Shown: positions 9,020 through 18,961 of the stretch, one piece after another
How positions within the stretch are numbered: position 1 is the stretch's first letter
Layout: each line of letters begins with the position of its first letter
The notes under the pieces: generated by a model
The model's database searches: none
What the model saw: the letters and a program-made list of their open reading frames with translations, nothing else
Told to the model about the DNA's origin: nothing
Translations under genes and position numbers: made by a program
From: Spirochaetia bacterium
GTDB lineage: Bacteria; Spirochaetota; Spirochaetia; SZUA-6; Bin103
Assembly: GCA_965203905.1 (NCBI GenBank)
Contig: CBDBDQ010000005.1
Span: 4,768,001-4,832,000, forward strand
DNA: 64,000 nucleotides
Reading direction: 5' to 3'

Positions 9020-9291
9020 GCTGCCACCCCCAGGTCGACGTGGAAGCAGAACGGCTCGACGTGCTCAGCGCTGTCGTAGGCGACGATGAAGCGCTGCGCC
9101 ACGGGCGGCAGCATCGCGTACCGCGTCGTGCCCTTGGCGTCCTCATAGGTCAGCATGTCGTGGGTCACGCGCGGCGCGTACAGCCCAGCGTCCCGCGCTG
9201 CAAGGGCGATGGGGCAACGGCAAGCCGTCACCCCATGTCTGTACCTGTTGGCGTCGTCGATGTGCTCCTGCCGTACTTCGATGGTCAGCAT
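9016..9291 (-). CDS. Phage-type hypothetical protein
   Basis: IEVRQEHID...CPIALA; coupled. Confidence 0.6.
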   Translation of the reverse strand: MLTIEVRQEHIDDANRYRHGVTACRCPIALAARDAGLYAPRVTHDMLTYEDAKGTTRYAMLPPVAQRFIVAYDSAEHVEPFCFHVDLGVAA

Positions 9292-9545
9292 GCCGGCAGC
9301 CCCGCAGCCTCACGGCCTTCCGGGAACCATCGCACCCGGCGCCCCTTGCCACGGGCGAGCATCGTGCCTGCGGTGTTGGACCGACAGGCCGGCAGGAACA
9401 CCGCCCACTCGCCCACCTGCACGCGGTCCGTGCCGGGTACACGTGCCGTTGCCATGCGCTGCGCGGCAGCCACGGCGTAGTCAAGCGCGCCGTAGACGGG
9501 GAGGTTGCGCCCCCCGCCTACGATCACGTGGTCGCCGATCCTCAT
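9285..9545 (-). CDS. Hypothetical protein
   Basis: Overlaps both neighbours in the operon. Confidence 0.5.
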   Translation of the reverse strand: MRIGDHVIVGGGRNLPVYGALDYAVAAAQRMATARVPGTDRVQVGEWAVFLPACRSNTAGTMLARGKGRRVRWFPEGREAAGLPAC

Positions 9546-9916
9546 GAAGCCGTCGCCCGTACCGCGCGCTCGACCAACCTGATGTCGCCGTCCGCCGTCA
9601 TCTCAGGCACGGTCTCCGTCACCACGAACAGGCCAAGCTCCTGAAGCTCCAACCCCGCCTGCACCCATGCGTCCGCGTCCCGCGCCGCACTCTCATCGTC
9701 CGATGCCTCGCTCAGCGCCGGCAGTTCCTCCGCCATCGCCGCGCCCCATCCGCGCGTCTCCACGATCTGCAGGGCTGCCCCTGCCTCGATGGGAGCGCTG
9801 TCGTCGTCTCCGCGCAGGCACCACGAATCGAGTGCGCGCGTTGCCGTCACCACGTTGCCGGCCTCGATGCGCCCGTCCACGTCGCCGGGCTGCACCCATA
9901 CCGTCCGTCCGTCCAT
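9542..9916 (-). CDS. Hypothetical protein; first gene of the leftward operon
   Basis: CAGGAGGT RBS before ATG (MDGRTVWVQPG). Confidence 0.65.
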   Translation of the reverse strand: MDGRTVWVQPGDVDGRIEAGNVVTATRALDSWCLRGDDDSAPIEAGAALQIVETRGWGAAMAEELPALSEASDDESAARDADAWVQAGLELQELGLFVVTETVPEMTADGDIRLVERAVRATAS

Positions 9917-9949
9917 CGTTACCTCCTGTCCCCTTCTGCGGGGAGGAAT

Positions 9950-10004
9950 GCGGCGCGCCGTGGGGTTGAACCACGTCGCTACTGCGAGCACCGGCGCGCG
10001 CCGC
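9950..10004 (-). ncRNA. tRNA-like mini element 4
   Basis: Minus strand GCGGCGCGC-GCCGGTGC-TCGC AGTA GCGA-CGTGG TTCAACC CCACG-GCGCGCCGC. Confidence 0.55.
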
Positions 10005-10229
10005 TGTCGGTCGATCTGTCTGCACCCCGTCACCCCTTCCGGTGTCGCGCTCTATCGGTCGGCACGTGGTGCGCCGCTCGCCGTCCGAAGTCGCATCGCG
10101 CGGATCGAAGTGAGGTCACGTCCCCGCCGTGCTCGGTTGGTGGTGGCGCGCGCTGCCGTTGCGCGCCTGCTGATTAGCCCTCCTGCGGAGACCCATACTA
10201 TGATCCCCACAATGCACATTGTCATAACT

Positions 10230-10258
10230 AAATTAAGGGTACTCAGGGACAAGATCAA
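10230..10258 (-). promoter_or_regulatory. Candidate sigma70-type promoter for the leftward operon
   Basis: TTGATC-N17-TAATTT in an AT-rich patch upstream of the operon. Confidence 0.35.
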
Positions 10259-11362
10259 CTCCTTCAGGTGATTTTTTGAACAATCGGTCCAATTTCTGCG
10301 ATACGGGGCCGAGAACAGCGTTCACGCGGTCCATTCGCCCTGAATCGGCCTCGCGGTCCGCCTCGACGCGCGCCCCGCGGCGTCAGGATCTCGCGCTGCG
10401 CGCTGTGCTGTTGGTTGTACTACTGCTCCTGTGTAGGCCGGCGACGGCACGGCGCGGGTCACGGTCGGTCGTGCACCGGCACGCCGCCAGCAAGGCGCAG
10501 ATCGCCGGCGACGGCGGCGCTTCCGCTCGCGGCGCGGCTTGACGTGTATGCGTCAACCGACCCTCGATGCTCCCGGTGCCGGTGCCGGTGCCGGGGGCGC
10601 GGCACTCCCCTGCCGGAAAGCGAGTGCGCGCTCGGTAGCACGGTACCCGTGGTTGCTCGACCATGACCCTTCGCCGGCGCACGGTGCGGCGCGCCCCGCT
10701 CCCCTCACCCGCCTGTCGGCCAGTGCCGGCGGCGCTTCACTCCCGCCGGCAGCCCGGCGCGCCCTCGATGTCGTCCTCAGCGCCGCCTGGGTCACTGAAA
10801 ACCTGCGCCGCGACCCGCCAGTCGGCCGTGCAGCCGGCCTCCGACAACCCGGCAGCCGCTCGCCGACGCACTGCGGCAGCTCCCGGCAGGCCAACGTCGA
10901 CCGCCGGATCGGGTCTCGAACCGGCTCTGAACCGCCGGGATCGCCTCCTGAACCGGCCTCGACACGCCGTCGGCGCCCGTTACCGGGTCTCGACGGGCCA
11001 TCCGCAGCCCGATCGGCCGTGCTCAGGGCGACCAACGCCGTGCAGGCGCCCTTACGGCACGCTGTTCAGCGCTCCCGAGCGCCTTCACCGGCGCCCGATC
11101 CGGCCCGCGACCCTGTGTTTTGCGTGTGTGTGGAGGAAATCCGCATATCCAGCAGGGACCCCCGGCCCCCCACCCCGGCCCCCCTGTGAGTTCCCGCCCA
11201 CGGGCGGGAGGGAGTGGAACCCTCCACGTGCCCCTGCGACCGCCATTGCAGAATCGAGGGACCCATCCCATCCCGGCCGCGGACTGGGGCCCCACCTACG
11301 CCAGCAGAAAATCTTCAGGTGAAATCAGGGGTGGTTCGCGGGGCGTCTTGCGCGGGAACAGC

Positions 11363-12460
11363 TCAGCGGTGCGGCGTGGGCTGGCACTGCGCCAGTTGAT
11401 CCGCATGTTTCCGAAACGCGGTGAGGCGGTCGAGCCCTTCGGCACCCGATTCTATGGCGGCGTTCAGCGCCTTCATGCCTACTCCGGAGTCTGTAGAAGG
11501 TTCCGCTTGCGGTTCTACTATATTCCTACTATCCCTCCCGGAGGGAGGCAGTCCACATTCCCGCTGGGGTGGAGTACACTCTTCTGCCGGGGTACGCAGG
11601 CAGAGCTTCCAGCGACACACCGCCCGCCGGATCGGGCGAACGCTGGCCCAAACTATCCGGCGGGACAGCCAGCCATGCTCCCGCAGCCAGCGCAACGCCT
11701 TCGCGACCGCGGTACGGCCGCGGCCAGATAAGCGCTGTATGGTCGCCCACGCCACCTGGGTGAAGGCTGTCGCGCACTTCAGTGCTGAACGGCCGCGGCC
11801 GAGCATGGTGCGCAGAGCTGCCCACACCGCGCACACGGCGCAGCTACCGAGCAAGACGAGCATCAGCGGCAGTTCGACATAGGTACGCTCCAGCAGGAGT
11901 CGGTACTGTGACTCCTGCCCAGGGCGCCGTTCGACTTCGAGCACTCCCGCGTCCTTCAGTTCGTTGACCCGCTCTCGCGCTGATCGCTCGGAGCATTTCA
12001 GCGCGACGGCGATTGTCGAGACTGGCCCTGTCCAGGTGCGCGAGCTGCCGAAATCGTTGAACAGCAACGAGTACGCGCGCAGCAGCTTCGGTTTGTTGCG
12101 GAGCGACGCCGGGGCGTAGGTCTGCTTCGCAAGCACCCCTCGCCGCTCGCCAGAGAGCCAGCGCTTGGGCTCGGCATCCGGCGGCGCCTGCACGGCGTGA
12201 TTGCGCTCTCTCCTGGGAACATCCTCTCGCGGACCTTCTCGCAAGATGCGATCGATCTTCTTCTTCTCTACGCGCTCCCTGTGAAAAAACTTTCGCTTCC
12301 AGCGATCGATATTCCGACTCTTGAGAAGGCGCCGAACGTCTACCTCGGACCAGTCCTCGGTCACTGTATCGCGGTCACCGCCATCCAGCAGGCCGCTTCT
12401 GATAAGGAAATCACGGTAAGGCTCGATGAGGTAGATTTTGGGTATACTGAGACTCGTCAT
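11363..12460 (-). CDS. Protein with two HTH domains (replication initiator or regulator-like)
   Basis: TIAVALKCSERSARERVNELKDAGVLEV and TIQRLSGRGRTAVAKALRWLREHGWL are two wHTH-like segments. Confidence 0.7.
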   Translation of the reverse strand: MTSLSIPKIYLIEPYRDFLIRSGLLDGGDRDTVTEDWSEVDVRRLLKSRNIDRWKRKFFHRERVEKKKIDRILREGPREDVPRRERNHAVQAPPDAEPKRWLSGERRGVLAKQTYAPASLRNKPKLLRAYSLLFNDFGSSRTWTGPVSTIAVALKCSERSARERVNELKDAGVLEVERRPGQESQYRLLLERTYVELPLMLVLLGSCAVCAVWAALRTMLGRGRSALKCATAFTQVAWATIQRLSGRGRTAVAKALRWLREHGWLSRRIVWASVRPIRRAVCRWKLCLRTPAEECTPPQRECGLPPSGRDSRNIVEPQAEPSTDSGVGMKALNAAIESGAEGLDRLTAFRKHADQLAQCQPTPHR

Positions 12461-12555
12461 CGGGGAACTCCTTGGATGACTACACGGCTACCCGTCCCGC
12501 GAAGACTTCACAGTCCTGGTGGGGTCGGTAACCATTCACACTTCTGGGCCGTCGG

Positions 12556-12749
12556 TGAACGCTCCACAGCCCGCGCCGATCTCCCTTCAGCGGATGCAGG
12601 GTGGTAGCCAAGCACGTCCATGTTGCCAGGCCGCTTCGCGCCCTAGAGGCAACAGAACCCGCCGCTGCCGCGGAACCAGGTCTGCAGACAGCCGTGAAGC
12701 CATCGGCGCGCTTATGCAGTGACCGCAGCGCGCTGTGCTTGATCCTCAC
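12556..12749 (-). pseudogene. higB: HigB-type (plasmid maintenance killer) toxin remnant
   Basis: RIKHSALRSLH...LSADLVPR.RRVLL...MDVLGY...LHPLKGDRRGLWSV spread across shifted frames. Confidence 0.7.
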
Positions 12750-13389
12750 GCCAATCGATTGTAACGAGAGACGATACAACTGCCCAGCCTATACTGGCGC
12801 AAGGAATTGCAGCCGGCGAATCGTCCAGAGTCGACGGCCAGTCGACGCCGCGCGACCCAGGGACCGATTGCCCGGCCACATCTGGTCTAATCGCGGCCGC
12901 GGCGGTCGACCGCAAGTCGATACGCCCGTCGAACCAAGCCGCAACTGACAAACGCTGGGAGCCGAAACCAGGGGCTCGGCGTGCGTGGTGGCGGGCACTT
13001 GGTCACGTTGCGCGGCAAGCGCTGGGAGCCGGCCGACGCGGATCCGCCCGGCCGCGAAGCTGCTTGGGTGCACGACATCCAGTCACGACATGGTTTGAGC
13101 ACCTGGAGCGGAGCCCGTCCGGCGTTTTAGGAAAGCGCGCTATGGTTCCAGTCTCACTGCTTTCGGAACAGCGCACGACGACGATACCAAGTCGCCCGTG
13201 ACACGCCCCGTCGCATTATGGAGCCGTCCAAGATGGCCCACTCATCGCTACGCCCTTGACCCGGCGCTCCAGCGGCTGCTAACGTTTAGGCGGTATGAAT
13301 GAATACTACCACGACGATAACGGCAGTTCCCGCATACTACTAGCTTTCGCTCCGCCCCGTATGGGCCGTTCGCCACAAGGCGGTTAACC

Positions 13390-14043
13390 ATGAGCCAGCC
13401 AGACGTAACCGCCCTCGTCGATAGTTTCATTGACTATGTGACGAAGATACGTGACCTAAATCAAATTATAGACGAACTGTTCCAGAATCCCTCCGCCCAA
13501 GACATCATGAACAACACCGCACCTAAATTCATGATGAAGATGAATGGGTTGGTCCTCAATTCCGTGATTGGAGCGATGAGTCGGATCACGGAACCCGCGA
13601 CGTCCCACGGGCACCAGAATCTCACTGTTCGAACAGTCGTGAAACGGCTAATATGGACCGATGGTCGAGGCTCTCAAGCGGAGCGAATAGCACAACGGTG
13701 CGACTGCTTTCATCAACAACTTAAGAAGGGCCGGGACAAACTGCTCGCCCATAATGATCTCCAGACCGCTCTTGCCGGTAAGCTGTTTCCGTTCCCACTC
13801 CCGCCAAGTATCGGCAAGGACGTAATCGTACAATTGGAGCTTCTCATCGAGCTAGCATCCGAGCAGTATGGATTATCCAAGGGACGTGTCGTCTTATGCG
13901 GTGACGAGCGGCAATTCATTAAAGCCCTGAATGATTCGTTGCTCTTTGAGCGCACTCTCAAGGATTGCAGACTACCGAGAGAGCTACGAAGCGACATGCT
14001 GGTGTGGAGATTAGAATCCGGCGAAAAACTTTTCGAAGCTTAG
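13390..14043 (+). CDS. HEPN domain protein, AbiU2-like
   Basis: Helical protein with RDKLLAH (Rx5H, HEPN-type) and SRITEP...NLTV; lower GC. Confidence 0.7.
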   Translation: MSQPDVTALVDSFIDYVTKIRDLNQIIDELFQNPSAQDIMNNTAPKFMMKMNGLVLNSVIGAMSRITEPATSHGHQNLTVRTVVKRLIWTDGRGSQAERIAQRCDCFHQQLKKGRDKLLAHNDLQTALAGKLFPFPLPPSIGKDVIVQLELLIELASEQYGLSKGRVVLCGDERQFIKALNDSLLFERTLKDCRLPRELRSDMLVWRLESGEKLFEA

Positions 14044-14202
14044 CGTACCGGGGCGCTCGCACGTCCGAGATGAACGAGTGGTGGCAGGAGTTCTTACTTC
14101 ACGCACGGCATGACCTTGGGCCTAACTCGGAGAGCCCAGTACTGATCGCCGTCGCCTTGGGCGGGAGGGGCGCGGTGGCTGGAGCTTTTCGAGTATTAGT
14201 AG

Positions 14203-15451
14203 GAGGTTCTTGCAAAAACTCTGTGAGCGTTGATGAGGAGTTGGGGACGCGATACCAGAGGACTGGATGGTAACCCGGCTTCGGCCGGGACGCCTTCAGA
14301 GCGTCGGCGGCGCCGCGAATCGGCCAGAATCGGCAGGTCATGCCACCTCCGTGACTGGGTGCGGACAGTACTGTGGCCTGTCTCCGGGAGATCAGCTTGG
14401 TCTCGCGCTACCGGATCGGAACGAGGATCGAGTTCAGTTCACCAGACGTAACAACTGATCCACGGTCAACGCCAGGACCCCGAACATCAGGTGGCACAGC
14501 ACCTTGCTGTGGCCGCGCACGCGTACCTGCCGGGCGCCGAACTCGTCCTTCAGCCGACCGTTGACGCGCTCCACCGTCGACCGCTCCCGGTAGCGCACCT
14601 CCTTGGCGTACGGTTGGCCGAGGGTGCGCTTCGCTTTCGCCTCCTGCTTCAGTGCCTGCTTGAATGCGGCACTGTTGTTGCGCGGATTGACACCTGCGGC
14701 AGATCGTCGAGTATCTCCGGCAGCGTCATGGTCTGCTGACGCTCAAGACGGCTCGGTTCCTTGGGCCGTTCCTCGCCCTTGCGCGGGCGTCCGCGCTTGC
14801 GCTTCGGCTTGGCTGGCTGCTTGGGCTTCGGCGTCGCTTTCTCGCGCCCCTCGATCGCCGTCGCATCGCGTGACACGTGGCCGACCAACTGCTCGGCCAT
14901 GGTGTCCTCGATCAGCGCCTGGTACAGGCGACTCGGCAAGGCACCCTCGGCAAACCCGGCAAAGGCCCGCGAGAAGGTCGCCTCGCTGGGCAGCGCGCCT
15001 CTATTCTCCCAGCCGCACAGACGGCGCAGCGCCTGGTCGTTGCCCAGCCGCTCGCGCAGCGCCCTGGTAGTGTCGATCCCGAACACCGCCTTGGCGATGA
15101 AGGCGCGCGCCAACGCCGCCCGATCCTGGCGCGGGCGCCCGCGCAGGGTACGACCGCACGACAGATGTCGTTCCACCCGGACGAACTCAAGCACGGTGAT
15201 GAACGACTGGTAGCGTTCTCCCAGGGGACCGAGGTCTTGCTCGAGGCTCGGGAACAGACACTCTTGAATGGTGCACCAGTAACTGGATAGTCTTGCGCGC
15301 AGGGACATGGCCGCTCCTCGCTCCCATCATGTGGGTTTGTGGTGAAACACATGGTATTACGGAGTGAGCCGGCCCGTCCCTGTTGAAGTCAGCCTCTGAC
15401 AGCCTCCCTCATCTCCAATTCCCGCTCTCTTGGGAATTTTGCAGGAGCCTC
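14203..15451 (-). mobile_element. Internally deleted IS (IS5/IS1182-like DDE transposase)
   Basis: Imperfect terminal IRs GAGGTTCTTGCAAAAACTC (14203) and, on the reverse strand, GAGGCTCCTGCAAAATTCC (15451), 14/19 identical. Confidence 0.75.
14434..15308 (-). pseudogene. Transposase with central deletion
   Basis: N-terminal part (GRPRQDRAALARAF...LRRLCGW...SRDATAIE) joined near 14690 to an out-of-frame C-terminal part (YRERSTVERVNGRLKDEFG...HLMFG). Confidence 0.8.
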
Positions 15452-16243
15452 AGGGGAAACCAGGGGGTTCAGCGTGGGGCTTCCGCGCTTGTTGACACGG
15501 ATCGAGGCGCATTGTGCATTGAGAGCGTAGGAACCTGGGCCGAAGGAAGCGCACCGATGTCAGATGAACAGAAAGAGCGCAGTACCCTGGGTGTAACGGC
15601 CTTTGGGGCGCGGAGGTTGGAGTCGGCATGGGCGTAGCTGTCGCTGGCACCCTACCGGTTGCACTGGCTGCGGGGACTGTCGGCATAGTTGGCGGCGGCG
15701 TGGTAGCACACGCCGTCCGGAGACGGCGGAATAGCAGGAAGAAGCGCCGGACCTCGGTCGTCGTTGCGCCGGAATCCCCGGAGCAGCGGCAGTTACAGAG
15801 ACAGCCTCCGACGAACCAGACTTTGGTAGCGTGGTCGGGATACCAGCTTAGACCTCGCAAGCGGCGCCGAACGGGTGACGATGACTACTTGCAGCGCGGC
15901 GAGAATCACGAGCCGTAATGCCCATGTTGCGAGCTCCCGAGTAGCGACGGTTCGTTCTCGAAGCGCTCTGTGATGGCCGTTCAGGAGTGAAGGCGCTGCA
16001 CTCCGGCACACGGCTTATCAGCTCAGCCCTTCGGCAACTGTAGCCGCGTACCCGCACGGGTGGTTCGCATTCCTTCCGTCTTCACCAACCTCCATTGCGA
16101 AGTGACCTGGAAGTCGTCCGTGGCGAACTTCCGGGCGTCGTAGGCAGAACGTCCGGAAGAGGGCGGTAGCCCCGGGCGCCACAGGCCCCTACTTACGCCG
16201 GGGTGAGAGCCTGGCAGTGCACCAACGCCCTCTGTGGGTTGCA

Positions 16244-16353
16244 GCGGTTTACGGTTTACGCCGATCCCCCTCTTCCCCAGTTCGTGCGCAATGTGTACGG
16301 ATACGTCGTTGACGAACTGGGGAAGACGTAAGAAACTGTAAACCGTAAACTGC
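16244..16353. repeat. Nested inverted repeats; candidate replication origin
   Basis: Outer GCGGTTTACGGTTTAC / GTAAACCGTAAACTGC (15/16). Inner TCTTCCCCAGTTCGT / ACGAACTGGGGAAGA (15/15). Lies 45 bp upstream of the helicase gene. Confidence 0.7.
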
Positions 16354-16398
16354 CTAAGTCCGCCGTCCGGGGAATGGTTGCGGTGGCAAGGAGCCCCA

Positions 16399-18468
16399 AT
16401 GGGGAAGGGCCGACACGCCGAGACCCTGGACCGCGAAGCTCTCTACGACGTGACCCCGCACGGGAATGCCAGCTACCTGCTGATGCAGTACGGCCGCCAG
16501 TTGCTCGTGGTGCGCAACGAGCAACTCTCGCACTCCGATCTGTACGTCCTGGACGACACCGGGATATGGCGCCGGGGTGACGAAGTGCTGCACGGATGGT
16601 TGCTCGAACGGGGCGACAGCCTGCGCAGGCAAGCGCTGCAGGAGGCACAGGACCAAAATAGGGACGAGAAGTCGCTGATAGGGGCGTTGCGCAGCATCCG
16701 CCCGCTGTTCGACCCGAGAGAGCTTCTGCCGCTGCGGAAGATCGCCGCCGCCTCGTATGCAGTGCTGCGCAAGAAGTACCAGAGCATTTCCGGGGGTGAT
16801 AATGACTTCGGCGTTACCCGATGCTTCGACCCCGCCCTGGACGCCGACCTGCAGTTTTTCGGGTGCGAGTCCGGGGTGATCGATCTGCACACCGGGAAGC
16901 TGCTCGCGCCCGAGGAAGGCAGGAAGCACCTGATCACCAAGCGAGCGCCGGTCAGGTACGCACTTGGCGCGAGCCACCCGGACGTCGACCGTCTGTTCGC
17001 GCACCTCCCGCCCGATCAACGTGACTGGTGGTGGCGGGCGCTTGGCTTCGCGCTCCGCGGCGTTCCATCCCGGCGTTTCTATGAGCTGAAGGGCCCGCCG
17101 GGCGGCGGCAAGAATGGCTTGATGCGGGCGTTGACTGGCACCCTCGGCCCCTACGCCAGCATCACCCAGGCGTCGCTCCTGGAGATGCGCCGGGGTGGTA
17201 GCAACGAAAGCGAGACGGGGCTTTCGCCGCAAGTCGTACACATCGTGCCACCGGTTCGCCTCGCCTTTGTCAACGAGGTGAAACCTACCAGGTTGAACCA
17301 CAGGATCCTGAAGGACTACTCCGGCGACGGGTTGGTCTCGTGGCAGCCAAAGAACAAGGACCCGCGCACCGACCCGGTGAGCGCCACACTGATCCTGCTG
17401 TGCAACCCCGGATCGCAGGCGCAGCTCGGCGGACACGACGAAGGCATTCGCGTTCGCCTCCGGGCGCTGCCGTACCCGGCGATCCCAAAGGACGCCGTGA
17501 TCGACGACTTCAACGACGTGCGGATCAAGGACCCTACCTTCAAGGAGGCCCTGTTCGCGCGCCTGGTCGCGGCCGCGGCGCATCAGCCGGTGGGCAAGCC
17601 CCCGGAGGAGCCGATCTCCATCAAGAAGGCTACGACCCAGCGCATCGTGGAAGACGTGGGCGAGATCGGTGTCTTCGCGGCACGGGTCGTTCGCGGAAGC
17701 GGCGTGCTCACCTCGCCGGATGTGTGGGCGGCTTGGTGCGAGCACAACGACGAGCCGACGGACGCCACGGAAGCCGGCGGCATCAGCCGCAACCGCCTCG
17801 GTGCACGTCTTCGCGAACACGTGACCGGCTTTCCGGAAAGGGCGTCGCCGTTGAAGCAAGGCGGCAAGAACGTGCGCGGCTGGCGTGGCTGGCGGCTGTT
17901 GACGGTGGAAGAGGCGGAAAACGAGACCGCCGCCCGACAGATTGTCGCCGATCTCCTGGCGGCCGTCCGGAAATGGGACCCGGACCAGATCGACAAGTGG
18001 ATTGCCCTGCTGCGCAGATTCGCGGAAGGCGAGATCATGGAATTCGATGGCCGCTTCTATATAAGTGCGCCGGCGTACTCGTACATGGAGAATGAAGAGG
18101 AACCGCCCGCCGCGTTCGAGCAAGCTTACAAGCGGTTGCTGCCGATGAGAGTGAGAACCGACAGTCATTCTATCGACTTAGAGACCGAAATCGCCATCGT
18201 GTTGGCCGAAAATTATCTGGTACAGGCGGCCTATAGGCTTCCTAACGATGCCACGGCTGAAGTTCTGGCCTCTGAGGCAGTCCGCCTGATGAAGGTCGGC
18301 ATGAGCACTACATCGGTGGAGTTCAGGTCAGCGGCGAAACTTCTCACGTCCGAACTTGAGAAGATTATCCAGAGGGTATGCAACGTTTCCGACAACGCCA
18401 TGCCCGACACGAAGGCAGGAGACCTGTTCAACGGCCAGCCGGCGCCAGCGGAACGCCTCGAACCGTGA
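16399..18468 (+). CDS. P4/D5-family SF3 helicase (no recognisable primase domain)
   Basis: D5_N-like SGVIDLHTGKL; Walker A GPPGGGKN; RLAFVNE; LKDYSGD; LCN; AAGGAG RBS. Confidence 0.85.
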   Translation: MGKGRHAETLDREALYDVTPHGNASYLLMQYGRQLLVVRNEQLSHSDLYVLDDTGIWRRGDEVLHGWLLERGDSLRRQALQEAQDQNRDEKSLIGALRSIRPLFDPRELLPLRKIAAASYAVLRKKYQSISGGDNDFGVTRCFDPALDADLQFFGCESGVIDLHTGKLLAPEEGRKHLITKRAPVRYALGASHPDVDRLFAHLPPDQRDWWWRALGFALRGVPSRRFYELKGPPGGGKNGLMRALTGTLGPYASITQASLLEMRRGGSNESETGLSPQVVHIVPPVRLAFVNEVKPTRLNHRILKDYSGDGLVSWQPKNKDPRTDPVSATLILLCNPGSQAQLGGHDEGIRVRLRALPYPAIPKDAVIDDFNDVRIKDPTFKEALFARLVAAAAHQPVGKPPEEPISIKKATTQRIVEDVGEIGVFAARVVRGSGVLTSPDVWAAWCEHNDEPTDATEAGGISRNRLGARLREHVTGFPERASPLKQGGKNVRGWRGWRLLTVEEAENETAARQIVADLLAAVRKWDPDQIDKWIALLRRFAEGEIMEFDGRFYISAPAYSYMENEEEPPAAFEQAYKRLLPMRVRTDSHSIDLETEIAIVLAENYLVQAAYRLPNDATAEVLASEAVRLMKVGMSTTSVEFRSAAKLLTSELEKIIQRVCNVSDNAMPDTKAGDLFNGQPAPAERLEP

Positions 18469-18716
18469 GCCGTCGCCTGCCTCGCCTGCGTCTGTGCTGC
18501 CCGGCTTGCGGTGGCGCGCCGCTCCTGCCGCACGACCTGCGCCAAAGGGTCCGATGCTCCTGCGGCACTGCACTGCGCGTAGCGTTGGTGTACGCGCACC
18601 CGCCCGTCGTCAGGCAGCAGCCAGCCGGCACCAGTGATCGCAACGCCCGTAGCGTCGGCCCGCGCGCGGCCGACGCGCTGGCAGCGGGACCGCCGATTGC
18701 CCGGCCCCGTACTTAG
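18465..18716 (+). CDS. Small zinc-ribbon protein
   Basis: GTGA coupling to the helicase; CPACG...CSCG. Confidence 0.5.
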   Translation: MSRRLPRLRLCCPACGGAPLLPHDLRQRVRCSCGTALRVALVYAHPPVVRQQPAGTSDRNARSVGPRAADALAAGPPIARPRT

Positions 18717-18927
18717 CCTATCGTGGCATCGGCGACGCCCGTGAGCACCTGGGTTGCTGTCGTCGATACGCCCATCCGGCCCGACAATGCCACGGTGCAT
18801 GAACACCCTCCGGCGTCGCCGCGGTAAAGTAGGTCACCTGCCGAGGGATCGCTGCGTGTGGCTCTGCATAACTAGCCGGTTTGACTTCCGGAGGGAACCA
18901 TTGTAGGCATTCCACAATAAACGTGGC

Positions 18928-18961
18928 ACGGTCTCGTCAGTTCCTAGGCTGACGAGACCGT
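18928..18961. repeat. Perfect 13-8-13 inverted repeat
   Basis: ACGGTCTCGTCAG-TTCCTAGG-CTGACGAGACCGT. Confidence 0.75.

Noticed and set aside
1-13000. Complete prophage
   Set aside because: No capsid, terminase, tail or lysis genes in the window.
13270-13295. Integron attC site (CTAAC...GTTTAGG)
   Set aside because: Does not fit GTTRRRY, shows no attC hairpin, and no IntI was recognised.
15557-15918. Small glycine-rich membrane ORF
   Set aside because: Needs a frameshift to join the likely start and has no recognisable family; not called.
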